A stretch of 64,000 nucleotides of DNA from an uncultured Acidobacteriota bacterium (GTDB taxonomy: Bacteria; Acidobacteriota; Thermoanaerobaculia; UBA5066; Gp7-AA6). The notes beneath the pieces were generated by a model. It did no database searches and was not told the DNA's origin. It was given only the letters and a program-made list of their open reading frames with translations. Made by a program: the position numbers and the translations under genes. The stretch covers positions 740,309 to 804,308 of the forward strand of contig CAVZKA010000001.1 of assembly GCA_963775725.1 (NCBI GenBank). The letters run 5' to 3'. Of this stretch, positions 36,773 to 45,693 are shown in pieces (position 1 is the stretch's first letter; each line of letters opens with the position of its first letter).

Positions 36773-37873
36773 ATGATGCGGACACGACTCGTCGGGAAAA
36801 TCTTGGGTTTCGCGGCCCTGCTCTCGTGGCGTGCCGCTTTGCCGGCCGCCGACTTCCCTCCCGCCCGCATGTTCCAGACCGTCGAAGCCGCCCCCGGCGT
36901 CTACGCCTTCATCGCCGCCGCGACGAACGGCCCGATCCCGAGCGGCAACGTGGTCGCGATCGTCGGCGACGACGGTGTCCTCGTCGTGGACTCCGGCCGC
37001 TTTCCCACGCTGGCAAAGCGGATGATCGCCGAGATCCGCGCGAAGACCGACAAACCCGTTCGCTACCTCGTCCACACGCACTGGCACCTGGACCACATCG
37101 CCTCGGACGAGGTGTTTCGGGAGGCTTACCCCCACATGGCAATCGTCACGACGGACTTCACGCGACGGAAGATCGCCGAGAAGCAGGTTCCGTACCTCAA
37201 GGAACTCGTCCAGACGGACGCCGGCTACGTCGAGTACCTCGAGAGCCTCGTCGCCAAGGGCAAGGGGCGCGACGGCTCCGCGATGTCGGACGAGTTGAAG
37301 CGCTACCTCTCGAGCCAGGTGCCTGACATCCGACTCGAGTCCGCCGAGCTCGCGGGCGTCGCCGCCGTAATCCCGGACCTGACGTTCGACCACGAGCTGC
37401 GCATCCACCTCGGCAAGCGCGAGGTCCGCATTGCGTTTCTCGGCAAGGGCAACACGGCCGGCGACACGGTCGTCTTCGTTCCCGACGCGAACGTCGCGGT
37501 CACGGGCGACCTGCTCGTCAGCCCGACCCCGTACGGCTACGGCTGCCACCCGGCCGCCTGGATCGCGACGCTCGACGTTCTCGCGGCGTCCGGCGCGACG
37601 GTGATCGTCCCGGGCCACGGCCCGGTCATGCACGACTGGAGCTACGCGAAGAAGGTGCAGGCGCTGCTCGCCGAGGTGCGCCGGCAGGTCGAGGCGCAGG
37701 TAAAGCGGGGCGCCACGGTCGAGCAGACCCAGGAGCGCGTCGATCTCTCGGCCCAGAAGAAGCTCTTCGCCGGCGACAGCTTCGAGCAGGGCGCAGCGTT
37801 CGACGACTTTTTCGTCCGCTCCGCCGTGGACCGCGCTTACCAGGAGGCGAAGGGGAAGATGGCGGAGGAATAG
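36773..37873 (+). CDS. Secreted MBL-fold metallo-hydrolase
   Basis: From MMRTRLVGKILGFAALLSWRAALPAA (signal peptide). HxHxDH motif in LVHTHWHLDHIA. A later GHGPV provides a metal-binding His. Confidence 0.75.
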   Translation: MMRTRLVGKILGFAALLSWRAALPAADFPPARMFQTVEAAPGVYAFIAAATNGPIPSGNVVAIVGDDGVLVVDSGRFPTLAKRMIAEIRAKTDKPVRYLVHTHWHLDHIASDEVFREAYPHMAIVTTDFTRRKIAEKQVPYLKELVQTDAGYVEYLESLVAKGKGRDGSAMSDELKRYLSSQVPDIRLESAELAGVAAVIPDLTFDHELRIHLGKREVRIAFLGKGNTAGDTVVFVPDANVAVTGDLLVSPTPYGYGCHPAAWIATLDVLAASGATVIVPGHGPVMHDWSYAKKVQALLAEVRRQVEAQVKRGATVEQTQERVDLSAQKKLFAGDSFEQGAAFDDFFVRSAVDRAYQEAKGKMAEE

Positions 37874-37928
37874 AAAGCGGCCCGGGCTTCGTCGGAAAAG
37901 CCCGGGCCGAACGCGAGGGACGAGAGTG

Positions 37929-38408
37929 TTACTGGGAGGCCGGGGGAGCCGGGCGCATGTGGCGCGCCCTGGCGTTTGCGGCGGCCGCGGCGGTGCAGGC
38001 GTTCAGCTGGTCCACCTGCTCGGCCGACAGGTTTCCAAGGACCTGTTCATGGATGGCCTGGGCATCCGCCTTCATCTTGGTGTGGGCGGCGTCCTGGTCG
38101 ATGGCGTTCTGGCCGAGGACGGACTTGTCGGCGCCGGCCGCGAGGTCGGCCTGCATCTTCTGGTGGGCGGCCTTCATGGCGTCGCCGTCGGCCTTGAGCG
38201 TGATCCTGCCGGCCGCGCGGGCCTCATCGATCGCGGTCTTCTGGGCGGCAGAGAGGTCGAGGGTCGCGAGGCATTTCTCCATCTGGTGATGGCCCCAGCC
38301 CATCATCCCGCCATGGGGGCCGGCGGCCGCGTTCTGGTCGGCCGCGGCGGCCGCCGCGACGGCGAGTCCGAGCACGACGAGCGTTCGAGATCCGGGAAAC
38401 CGTTTCAT
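37929..38408 (-). CDS. Periplasmic Spy/CpxP-family (LTxxQ) protein
   Basis: Signal peptide MKRFPGSRTLVVLGLAVAAAAAA. Two LTxxQ-type repeats, LDLSAAQKTAIDEA and LSAEQVDQLNA. Helical, Ala/Gln/Lys-rich. Confidence 0.65.
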   Translation of the reverse strand: MKRFPGSRTLVVLGLAVAAAAAADQNAAAGPHGGMMGWGHHQMEKCLATLDLSAAQKTAIDEARAAGRITLKADGDAMKAAHQKMQADLAAGADKSVLGQNAIDQDAAHTKMKADAQAIHEQVLGNLSAEQVDQLNACTAAAAANARARHMRPAPPASQ

Positions 38409-38580
38409 TGGACGGATGCTCCTTTCTCCGGACGCCGGTCCGATTTCCCCGGGCGTCCCTAGTCAACCCTAATAACGAGCCGGGAGGGTCGGAAGATTAC
38501 CCGCCCGGAACCTTTTCCGGCCGCCGCCGTCAAGGGGAATGACGGGCCACGGGATCGGTGCGTCCGAAAAGGGGGTGGAC

Positions 38581-41034
38581 GTGGAAATCCTGGTGCAGGA
38601 CATCCGGTACGCACTGCGTGGAATGCGCCGGGCCCCCGGGTTCACCGCCGCGGCGATCCTCACGCTGGCCCTCGGGATGGGGGCGACGACGGCGATCTTC
38701 TCGGTCATCCGGGCCGTCCTGCTGTCGCCCCTTCCGTACGCCGAGCCCGAGCGGCGCGTCACGGTCTGGAGCAAGTGGGTCGGCTTCGACAAGACCTGGC
38801 TGGCCGACGGGGAGCTCATGGATTACCGGCGCATGGTCCCGAGCTTCGAGAGCGTCGCGGGGTGGGACGCCGGCGAGGCGAACCTGACCGGCGGCGAGGG
38901 CGAGGCGGCGCGGGTGGGGATGGCGGCGGTCACGGCGAACACCTTCGCGACGCTCGGCGCGCGGCCCCAGGTCGGCCGCGCCTTCACGGACGACGAGGAC
39001 CGGCCCGGCGGCGCTCCCGTCGCAGTGCTCGGATACGGGCTGTGGCAGAACCGGTACGGCGGCGACCCCGACGTTCTCGAAAAGACGATCGAGCTCGACG
39101 GCGTCCCGCGCCGCGTGGTGGGCGTGATGCCGCGGGGCTTCGCGTTGCCGACCGACTTCACCATCAATGCCGCGGAGCCGTCGCAGGTCTGGATCCCGCT
39201 GCAGATCGACCCGAAGGACATCTCCCATGGCAACCACGGCCTGTACGGGGCGGCGGCGCTCGTCCGAGGCGCGACCGCCGAGCGCGCCACGGCGGAGCTG
39301 AAGACGCTGGCGGCGAACCTCACCCGGCAGGGGATCTACCCGGCACAGATGCACTTCGACGCCTTCGCCGTTCCGGTCGAAAAGGAGATCCGCGGGGGCG
39401 CCCGGCGCGCGCTCGTGCTGGTGTTCGGCGCGGTGCTGTTCCTGCTGCTGATGGCGTGCGCGAACGTGGCCAACCTCCTGCTCGCGCGGGCGGAGGGCCG
39501 GATGCGCGAGCTCTCCGTGCGCGCCGCGATCGGCGCGGGCAAGGCGCGGCTGACGCGGCAGCTGCTGACGGAAAGCTTCGTCCTGGCGGTCTCGGGCGGT
39601 CTGCTCGGGCTCGTCTTCGCCTGGGTGGGCGTGCGGCTGATCGCGGCGCACGGGGCCGCGGGTCTACCCGCGCTCGCGCCCCTCGGCATCGAGCCGCGCA
39701 TGATGCTCTTCGCGGCGGCGCTCTCGATCCTGACGACCTTCCTCTTCGGCCTCGCCCCGGCCGTCCAGATGCTGCGCCTCAACCTGACCGAGTCGCTGCG
39801 CGAGAGCGCCGCGAACACGTCGGCGGGCGTGCGGCGCGCGGGCCTGCGCGGCATGCTCGCGGCGGCGCAGATGGCGCTGGCCGTGCTGCTCCTGCTCGGG
39901 GCGGGGTTGATGCTGCGCAGCCTCGACCGGCTCATGCACATCGACCTCGGCTTCCAGCCCGAGCACGTCCTGACGCTCCAGCTCCGGCCGCCCGAGGCGA
40001 CGTACAGGACGCCGGCGTCCGTCGTCGCGTTCTACCGGCAGCTGCTCGAGAACGTGCGCGCGTTGCCCGGGGTGCAGGCGGCCGGGATGGTGCGCCTCCT
40101 GCCGCTCGCGAGCGAAATCGGGGACTGGGGCCTGGAGATCGAGGGCTACGTGCCCCCGGCGGGGTCGCACGCCAAGGGCGACTGGCAGGTCGTGTCGGAC
40201 GGCGCGTTCGAGGCGCTCGGCGAGCGGCTCGTGCGGGGCCGGGCTCTCACGGCGGCGGATTCGGCCGACGCGGTCGGCGTCGTGCTCGTCAACGAGATCC
40301 TGGCGCAGACTTACTGGCCGGGACAGGACCCGATCGGCAAGCGCATGCGCATGGGCGCGAATTCGCAGCGGCCGTGGATGACGGTCGTCGGCATCGTGCG
40401 CAACGAGCGGCACAACTCGGTCACCGGGGCCGTGAAGGAGAAGTTCTACGTGCCGTACGCGCAGTTTCCGATCGCCCGCGAGGGCGACGCGGCGCGGGGC
40501 ATGACTCTCGTCCTCCGCACGGGAGCGGACCCGATGTCGCTCGCCGGACCCGTCCGCGCCGAAGTGCGGCGCCTGGATCCGAACCTCCCGATCGCCAACG
40601 TGCGGCCGATGACCGCGGTCGTGGACGCGTCGCTCGCGACGCCGCGGCTGACGGGCTCGCTGCTCTCGATCTTCGCGGGCCTGGCGATCCTGCTCGCGGG
40701 CGTCGGTGTCGCGGGTGTGCTCGCCTACCTCGTCAGCCGCCGCCGGCGCGAGATCGGGATCCGCATGGCCCTCGGCGCCTCGCGCTGGAACGTGCTCGGC
40801 ATCGTGATCCGGCGGGGCGTCGCGTATGCCGGCGCGGGAATCCTCGTCGGCATCGTGGCGGCGCTCTTCCTCACGCGCCTGATGGAAGGGCTCCTCTATG
40901 ACGTCGCGCCGCGCGACCCGGTGACCTTTGCCGCGGTCACGCTGCTGCTGCTCGGGATCGCCGTCGCCGCGAGCGCCGTGCCCGCGATCCGCGCCGCGCG
41001 GGTGGATCCGCTCGAAGCGCTGCGCGGCGAGTGA
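38581..41034 (+). CDS. ADOP-type duplicated FtsX/MacB-like permease (second copy)
   Basis: GTG at ~38581 preferred: AAGGGGGT lies 8 nt upstream and it gives the typical N-terminus (M)EILVQDIRYALRGMRRAPGFTAAAILTLALGMGATTAIFSVIRAVLLSPLPY. Track ORF starts at 38539. Two FtsX halves. Overlapping ORFs 38775..40901 and 38530..39651 are rejected. Confidence 0.75.
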   Translation: MEILVQDIRYALRGMRRAPGFTAAAILTLALGMGATTAIFSVIRAVLLSPLPYAEPERRVTVWSKWVGFDKTWLADGELMDYRRMVPSFESVAGWDAGEANLTGGEGEAARVGMAAVTANTFATLGARPQVGRAFTDDEDRPGGAPVAVLGYGLWQNRYGGDPDVLEKTIELDGVPRRVVGVMPRGFALPTDFTINAAEPSQVWIPLQIDPKDISHGNHGLYGAAALVRGATAERATAELKTLAANLTRQGIYPAQMHFDAFAVPVEKEIRGGARRALVLVFGAVLFLLLMACANVANLLLARAEGRMRELSVRAAIGAGKARLTRQLLTESFVLAVSGGLLGLVFAWVGVRLIAAHGAAGLPALAPLGIEPRMMLFAAALSILTTFLFGLAPAVQMLRLNLTESLRESAANTSAGVRRAGLRGMLAAAQMALAVLLLLGAGLMLRSLDRLMHIDLGFQPEHVLTLQLRPPEATYRTPASVVAFYRQLLENVRALPGVQAAGMVRLLPLASEIGDWGLEIEGYVPPAGSHAKGDWQVVSDGAFEALGERLVRGRALTAADSADAVGVVLVNEILAQTYWPGQDPIGKRMRMGANSQRPWMTVVGIVRNERHNSVTGAVKEKFYVPYAQFPIAREGDAARGMTLVLRTGADPMSLAGPVRAEVRRLDPNLPIANVRPMTAVVDASLATPRLTGSLLSIFAGLAILLAGVGVAGVLAYLVSRRRREIGIRMALGASRWNVLGIVIRRGVAYAGAGILVGIVAALFLTRLMEGLLYDVAPRDPVTFAAVTLLLLGIAVAASAVPAIRAARVDPLEALRGE

Positions 41035-41051
41035 GCGTTTCGAATTCGGTC

Positions 41052-41145
41052 CCGTAGGGGCGGGGCTTGCCGCGCCCGGGCGACTATCGCGACGAACAAC
41101 AGATTCGGCCGCCAGTTATCCGGGCGGCCCAAGGGCCGCCCCTAC
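41052..41145. repeat. MITE/REP-like element copy A, with 11 bp terminal inverted repeats CGTAGGGGCGG / CCGCCCCTACG
   Basis: The termini match those of the element at 49885-49973 in reverse-complement orientation. Internal GGCGGGGCTTGCCGCGCC palindromes sit at both ends and the ~40 bp centre diverges. It lies between the convergent ADOP permease (+) and lipoprotein (-) genes. Confidence 0.65.
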
Positions 41146-41171
41146 GGCACGGGAGACGGATGTTTCCAGCA

Positions 41172-41206
41172 ACAAAAAAACCGCGGCCCCCGTGTGAAGG
41201 CCGCGG
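41172..41206 (-). terminator. Intrinsic terminator downstream of the minus-strand lipoprotein gene
   Basis: Minus-strand reading: CCGCGGCC-ttcacacggg-GGCCGCGG followed by TTTTTTT (plus strand: aacaaaaaaaCCGCGGCCcccgtgtgaaGGCCGCGG). Confidence 0.6.
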
Positions 41207-41260
41207 CGAGGAGAAGGAAGAGCGGGGTCTGTGGGCCCGCTCGCCGGGATCCGGGTCAGC

Positions 41261-41569
41261 TCACCGGCCCGAGTGGGACGCGACGTTCGACGGCATCGCG
41301 CACTGGTAGGCGGTGCCCTTGTCGGCGTTGTCGCTCGCGACGAGGACGGTGTTGGCGCCCTTGCTCCTGGCGGCGCGCGTCAACTGCGTCGTCGCATCGG
41401 ACTCGTCGAACGAGCCGGCCCTGGCTTCGATCTCGCCGATCTTCTGGCACGACGCGACGGCGGCCGGGCTCTTGGTGACCGCCACGTCCTGGAACGAGTT
41501 CTGACTGCAGCCCGCGGCGCCGAGTGCGAGCGAGGCCGCGGCGAGGATTCCGATCGAGATGCGTTTCAT
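41261..41569 (-). CDS. Small lipoprotein
   Basis: Internal Met of track ORF 41261..41614. MKRISIGILAAASLALGAAGCSQ carries a lipobox LGAAGC. ~100 aa mature. Confidence 0.55.
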   Translation of the reverse strand: MKRISIGILAAASLALGAAGCSQNSFQDVAVTKSPAAVASCQKIGEIEARAGSFDESDATTQLTRAARSKGANTVLVASDNADKGTAYQCAMPSNVASHSGR

Positions 41570-41759
41570 GTGTGCCTCCATCTGAAAAGGTGGGTTGCGT
41601 TTTTTCATCCGCACACATTGAGACGTAGGCGCGATGGTGTTGGTTTCGAACTTTGATCGGAAAATCTTGCGTGTGTCGCGGTGTCACAGCGCGCCTCCGG
41701 CGCGGCGTCTGGGACGCGATGACACACGACCCATATAATTCCCGCCAACTCGCGGAGGG

Positions 41760-44700
41760 ATGGCGTTGATGCAAAGACGACGGCACCTTTTCCTGGCGGC
41801 ACTCGCGATGGCGGCGACGGCGCGGCTTACGGCGCAACCGTTCGATCCGCGGCTACTCTCGGATGTGCACTGGCGTATGGCGGGCCCGTTCCGGGGCGGG
41901 CGCGTGCTCGCGGTCGCGGGCGTGCCGGGGCAGCCGGAGCATTTCTACTTCGGCGCCGTCGGCGGGGGCGTATGGGAGAGCCAGAACGCCGGGCGCACGT
42001 GGGAGCCGATCTTCGACGGCCAGCCGATCGCGTCCATCGGCGCGCTTGCCGTGGCCCCTTCGGACCCGCGCGTCCTCTACGTCGGCTCGGGCGAGGCCGA
42101 CATGCGGTCGGACATCTCCCATGGCAACGGCATGTACCGCTCGTCGGACGGGGGCCGGACGTGGGCGCACGTCGGCCTCGAGCAGACGCGGCAGATCGGG
42201 CGCGTCGTCGTGGATCCGCGCGACGCGAACCGCGTTTACGTCGCGGCGCTCGGCCACGCGTATGGGCCCAATTCCGAGCGCGGGGTCTTCCGCTCGAAGG
42301 ACGGGGGAAAGAACTGGTCGCGCGTCCTCTTCAAGGACGAGAACACCGGGGCGATCGACCTCGCGCTCGATCCCTCGAACCCGAAGACGATCCTGGCCGC
42401 GCTCTGGCAGACGCGGCGGCCGCCCTGGAACACGTATCCGCCCTCCAACGGTCCGGGCAGCGGGCTCTACCGCTCCGACGACGGCGGCGACACGTGGAAG
42501 GCGGTCGCGGGCGGATTTCCCTCGGAGAAGCTCGGCCGCGTCGGGATCGCGTTCGCGCCGAGCGCTCCGCGGCGCGTGTACGCGCTCGTGGACGCGAAAG
42601 AGGGGGGGCTGTACGCCTCGGCCGACGGCGGCGCGACGTGGTCGCGCGTCAGCGCGGACAGGAGGATCTGGGAGCGCGGCTGGTACTTCGGCGGCGTCGC
42701 GGTCGATCCGAAGGATCCGGACACGGTCTATGCCTGCGACGTGACCGTGTACCGGTCGACCGACGGAGGCAGGGAGTTCCTGCCGATCAAGGGCGCGCCG
42801 GGCGGCGACGACTACCACCAGCTCTGGATCGATCCGTCCGAGCCGCGCCGCATGATCCTCGGCACCGACCAGGGCGCCGTCGTCAGCGTGGACGGCGCGA
42901 AGACGTGGAGCTCCTGGTACAACCAGCCGACCGCCCAGTTCTACCACGTGTCGACCGACGACCGGGATCCGTACTGGATCTACGGCGCGCAGCAGGACAG
43001 CGGCGCCGCGGCGACGCCCTCGCGCACGGACTACGCCACCATCACGCTGCGCGACTGGCGCCCCGTGGCCGTGGGCGGAGAGAACGGCTACGTCGCCCCC
43101 GACCCCGCCCATCCGGACATCGTCTTCGGCGGCGGCGTGAGCCGCTTCGACTGGAAGACCCTGCAGGAGCAGAACGTCGATCCGACGCTCGCGCATGCGG
43201 GCGACTACCGCGGCGAGTGGACGTTGCCGCTCGCCATCTCCGCGAGCGAGCCCGGCGCGATCTACTTCGGCAACCAGTTCCTGTTCCGGTCCACCGACGG
43301 CGGCGGCCACTGGGACAAGATCAGCGACGACCTGACGCGGGAGGCGCCGGGCGTGCCCGCGACGCTCGATCCCGCGACCGCCGCCGACAGCGCCACCCCC
43401 GGCCCCCGGCGTGGCGTGATCTATGCGGTCGCGCCCTCTCCGCTCATCCCCGGCCTCGTCTGGTGCGGCACGGACGACGGGCTCGTCTGGCGGACGCGCG
43501 ACGGCGGGAAAGAGTGGCAGAACGTCACGCCGCCGCCGCTGACGCCGTGGTCGAAGGTCGGCCTCCTCGAGGCCTCGCGCTTCGACGCCGATGTCGTGTA
43601 CGCCGCGATCGACCGGCACCGGCTCGACGACCTCGATCCCCACATGTACCGGACGCGGGATGCCGGAAAGACCTGGACCGCGATCACGCGCGGCATTCCC
43701 GCGGGCAGCTTCGTCAACGTCGTGCGCGAGGACCCCGAGCGCAAGGGGCTGTTGTACGCCGGAACCGAGACGGGCGTGTTCGTCTCCTTCAACGACGGCG
43801 ACGCCTGGCAGCCGCTCCAGGGCAATCTGCCCAACTGCTCGGTGCGCGACATCTCGTTGCGCCGCGGCGACCTCGTCGTGGCAACGCACGGCCGATCGTT
43901 CTGGGTGCTCGACGATCTCTCGCCCCTGCGGCAGCTCGACGCCGGGACGGCGGCGGCGCCGGCGTGGCTGTTCGCGCCGCGCGACGCCGTGCGCCTGAAC
44001 CCGGCCGGCTTCCAGGGGACGCCCGAGCCGAAGGACGAGCCCGCGGCCGAGAACCCGGCCCGCGGCGCGCTGCTCGACTACCTGCTGCGCGCGCCGTCCG
44101 CGGCGCCGGTCGTGCTCGAGGTCCTCGACGCGAAGGGCGCCGTCGTGCGCCGGTACGCGAGCGACGACGCGAAGGAGCCGCCCGACCTGCAGGCGCTCCG
44201 CGTCACCGAGGACTGGGTTCCGGAGGCCGAGCCTCCCTCCGCGGCGGCGGGCCTGCACCGCCTGGTGTGGGACCTGCGCTACGCGCCGGCCGCGGGACTG
44301 TCGCGATCGCGGCGGGCCGCGACGGGCGTCTGGTCGCCGCCCGGCCGGTACACGGTGCGGTTGACGGCGGGGGGACAGACGCTGACTCAGGCGCTGGTGG
44401 TCCGGAAGGACTCGCGGGTCGCCGCCTCCGACGAAGACCTCGTCCGGCAGTTCGAGCTGGCGCGCCGCGTCGAGGCCGATCGGGTGCGCGCCGGATCGGC
44501 GCTCGCGTCCGCCGCCTCCCTGCGCAAGCAGTCGGCCGCCGTCGCCGGGAAGGCTTCGGACGAAGCGGCGGCAGCGCTCGCCGCGTTCGGAAAAGAGGTC
44601 GACGCCGCGGCGGGCCCGGCGATCAGCCCCGAGGAGTTCTACGACGTGAGCCAGGCGGGGCCCACGACCCTGCTGCGGCTGGTCGTGTCCCTGGCGCGCC

Positions 44701-44885
44701 TGCAGGGCGCGATCGAGAGCGCCGATGCCGCTCCCACGGCCGATGCCGTGGCAGGCTTCGCGCAGCAGCAGGAAGCCCTCGAACAGGGCCTCACCCGCTG
44801 GAACGGCCTGGTTCGGACGGCGCTGCCGAAGCTCAACGCGACCCTCGGCGCCGCGGGGCTTCCGGCCCTCAAGGTCGGCGGCTAG
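41760..44885 (+). CDS. Secreted BNR/Asp-box repeat protein (sortilin/VPS10-like beta-propeller)
   Basis: Signal peptide (start at 41760 or at the second Met, 41769). More than 8 Asp-box repeats S/TxDGGxTW: SSDGGRTWAH, SKDGGKNWS, SDDGGDTWK, SADGGATWS, STDGGREF, STDGGGHWD, TRDGGKEWQ, TRDAGKTWT. ~1040 aa. Antisense ORF 41853..44942 is spurious. Confidence 0.75.
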   Translation: MALMQRRRHLFLAALAMAATARLTAQPFDPRLLSDVHWRMAGPFRGGRVLAVAGVPGQPEHFYFGAVGGGVWESQNAGRTWEPIFDGQPIASIGALAVAPSDPRVLYVGSGEADMRSDISHGNGMYRSSDGGRTWAHVGLEQTRQIGRVVVDPRDANRVYVAALGHAYGPNSERGVFRSKDGGKNWSRVLFKDENTGAIDLALDPSNPKTILAALWQTRRPPWNTYPPSNGPGSGLYRSDDGGDTWKAVAGGFPSEKLGRVGIAFAPSAPRRVYALVDAKEGGLYASADGGATWSRVSADRRIWERGWYFGGVAVDPKDPDTVYACDVTVYRSTDGGREFLPIKGAPGGDDYHQLWIDPSEPRRMILGTDQGAVVSVDGAKTWSSWYNQPTAQFYHVSTDDRDPYWIYGAQQDSGAAATPSRTDYATITLRDWRPVAVGGENGYVAPDPAHPDIVFGGGVSRFDWKTLQEQNVDPTLAHAGDYRGEWTLPLAISASEPGAIYFGNQFLFRSTDGGGHWDKISDDLTREAPGVPATLDPATAADSATPGPRRGVIYAVAPSPLIPGLVWCGTDDGLVWRTRDGGKEWQNVTPPPLTPWSKVGLLEASRFDADVVYAAIDRHRLDDLDPHMYRTRDAGKTWTAITRGIPAGSFVNVVREDPERKGLLYAGTETGVFVSFNDGDAWQPLQGNLPNCSVRDISLRRGDLVVATHGRSFWVLDDLSPLRQLDAGTAAAPAWLFAPRDAVRLNPAGFQGTPEPKDEPAAENPARGALLDYLLRAPSAAPVVLEVLDAKGAVVRRYASDDAKEPPDLQALRVTEDWVPEAEPPSAAAGLHRLVWDLRYAPAAGLSRSRRAATGVWSPPGRYTVRLTAGGQTLTQALVVRKDSRVAASDEDLVRQFELARRVEADRVRAGSALASAASLRKQSAAVAGKASDEAAAALAAFGKEVDAAAGPAISPEEFYDVSQAGPTTLLRLVVSLARLQGAIESADAAPTADAVAGFAQQQEALEQGLTRWNGLVRTALPKLNATLGAAGLPALKVGG

Positions 44886-44931
44886 GGCTCGCCGTCCGGT
44901 GGCGGCCCCGCTTTGCCCTGCCGCGCCCGAG

Positions 44932-45510
44932 ATGGTCCGCATCCCGGGCGCGGAGCGCCCTTACCGGCTCGGGCGCACGCCCGTGACCAACCGTGAGTAC
45001 GCCGCGTTCGTCGCGACGGGACGCGCGGCGCCGCCGCCCTGGTGGACGGAGGCGCCGTTCCGCGCGGCGGACAAGCCGGTCGTCGGAGTCACCTGGCACG
45101 AGGCGATGGCATTCTGCGAGTGGCTGTCCGAATCGGCCGCCGGGCTCTGGCGACTGCCGACGCAACTCGAGTGGGAGCACGCCGCGTGCGGAGGTCTCGA
45201 CGCGCCGGCGACGGCATGGGGCGACACGATCCCCGGCGGCGAGATACCGGCCGGTCCTCTCGAGGGCCCCTGGAGCGCGGGCCGGGGGACGCCGAACGGA
45301 TACGGACTCTGCGACATGGGCACGATCGTCCACGAGTGGTGCCTCGACTGGGATCGTCCGGGCCGGCGCGCGAGCCGCGGCGGCTCGTGGCGCCATGCCG
45401 TGCGCTGGTCGGCGCCGTCGGCGAAGAGCAGCCTCGCTCCCGATGCGCGCTACTCGGACTACGGGTTTCGGTTCGCGTGGGAACCGGGACCGGGAGCGGA
45501 AGTTCCGTGA
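44932..45510 (+). CDS. Formylglycine-generating-enzyme (SUMF1/FGE-sulfatase) domain protein, short form
   Basis: From MVRIPGAERPYRLGRTPVTNREYAAFV inside track ORF 44725..45510. FGE-domain blocks: PVVGVTWHEAMAFCEWLS, RLPTQLEWEHAACGG, GTIVHEWCLDW, RGGSWRH. Only ~192 aa. Confidence 0.65.
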   Translation: MVRIPGAERPYRLGRTPVTNREYAAFVATGRAAPPPWWTEAPFRAADKPVVGVTWHEAMAFCEWLSESAAGLWRLPTQLEWEHAACGGLDAPATAWGDTIPGGEIPAGPLEGPWSAGRGTPNGYGLCDMGTIVHEWCLDWDRPGRRASRGGSWRHAVRWSAPSAKSSLAPDARYSDYGFRFAWEPGPGAEVP

Positions 45511-45536
45511 CGCCGGCGACGAGGCCGTGTTATAAA
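45506..45536 (+). promoter_or_regulatory. Candidate sigma70-like promoter (GTGACG-N18-TATAAAT) immediately after the FGE gene stop
   Basis: A TATAAAT hexamer at ~45530-45536 is very unusual in this GC-rich DNA. A -35-like GTGACG sits 18 nt upstream. No CDS starts within the next ~150 nt. Confidence 0.3.
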
Positions 45537-45624
45537 TAGGTGAAACTGCGGTCGACTCCGGATCATCGAAGGGTGAAGGGAGCGCAGAGCTTGCGAGCAG
45601 GTAAGAGCACGGAGTGAAGTCGAA

Positions 45625-45658
45625 GCGGGCGCCCGAGCGCGCCCGCTTCTTTTTTTTG
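45625..45658 (+). terminator. Strong rho-independent terminator (8 bp GC stem plus T-run)
   Basis: GCGGGCGC-ccgag-CGCGCCCGC followed by TTCTTTTTTTTG. It sits ~115 nt after the FGE-domain gene stop and ~35 nt before the next gene start. Confidence 0.65.
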
Positions 45659-45693
45659 CGCCCTCGCGGCGCGTGGGATAGGGAGGCAACGAC

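Noticed and set aside
32516-36785. ORFs 32516..34099 (-), 32647..34854 (+), 34938..36785 (-), 35687..36655 (+)
   Set aside because: Off-frame or antisense to the M3 peptidase (HEFGH present in the accepted frame) and to the serine hydrolase (SVSK present in the accepted frame).
38530-40901. ORFs 38530..39651 (-) and 38775..40901 (+) across the second ADOP permease
   Set aside because: Alternative-frame artefacts inside a gene with clear FtsX-permease motifs. Compositionally biased.
41853-44986. ORFs 41853..44942 (-, 1029 aa), 41972..44986 (+, 1004 aa), 41863..42744
   Set aside because: Antisense or off-frame to the BNR/Asp-box repeat protein, which has more than 8 canonical SxDGGxTW repeats. 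The translations are Arg/Gly/Pro-rich.
45535-45660. Possibility that the terminator-bounded segment is SRP (4.5S) RNA or another known housekeeping RNA
   Set aside because: No match to the conserved domain IV GGAA...AGCAGCCAAGG-type motif of SRP RNA. Length and sequence do not fit 6S, tmRNA or RNase P. Retained only as a generic candidate sRNA or 3'UTR.
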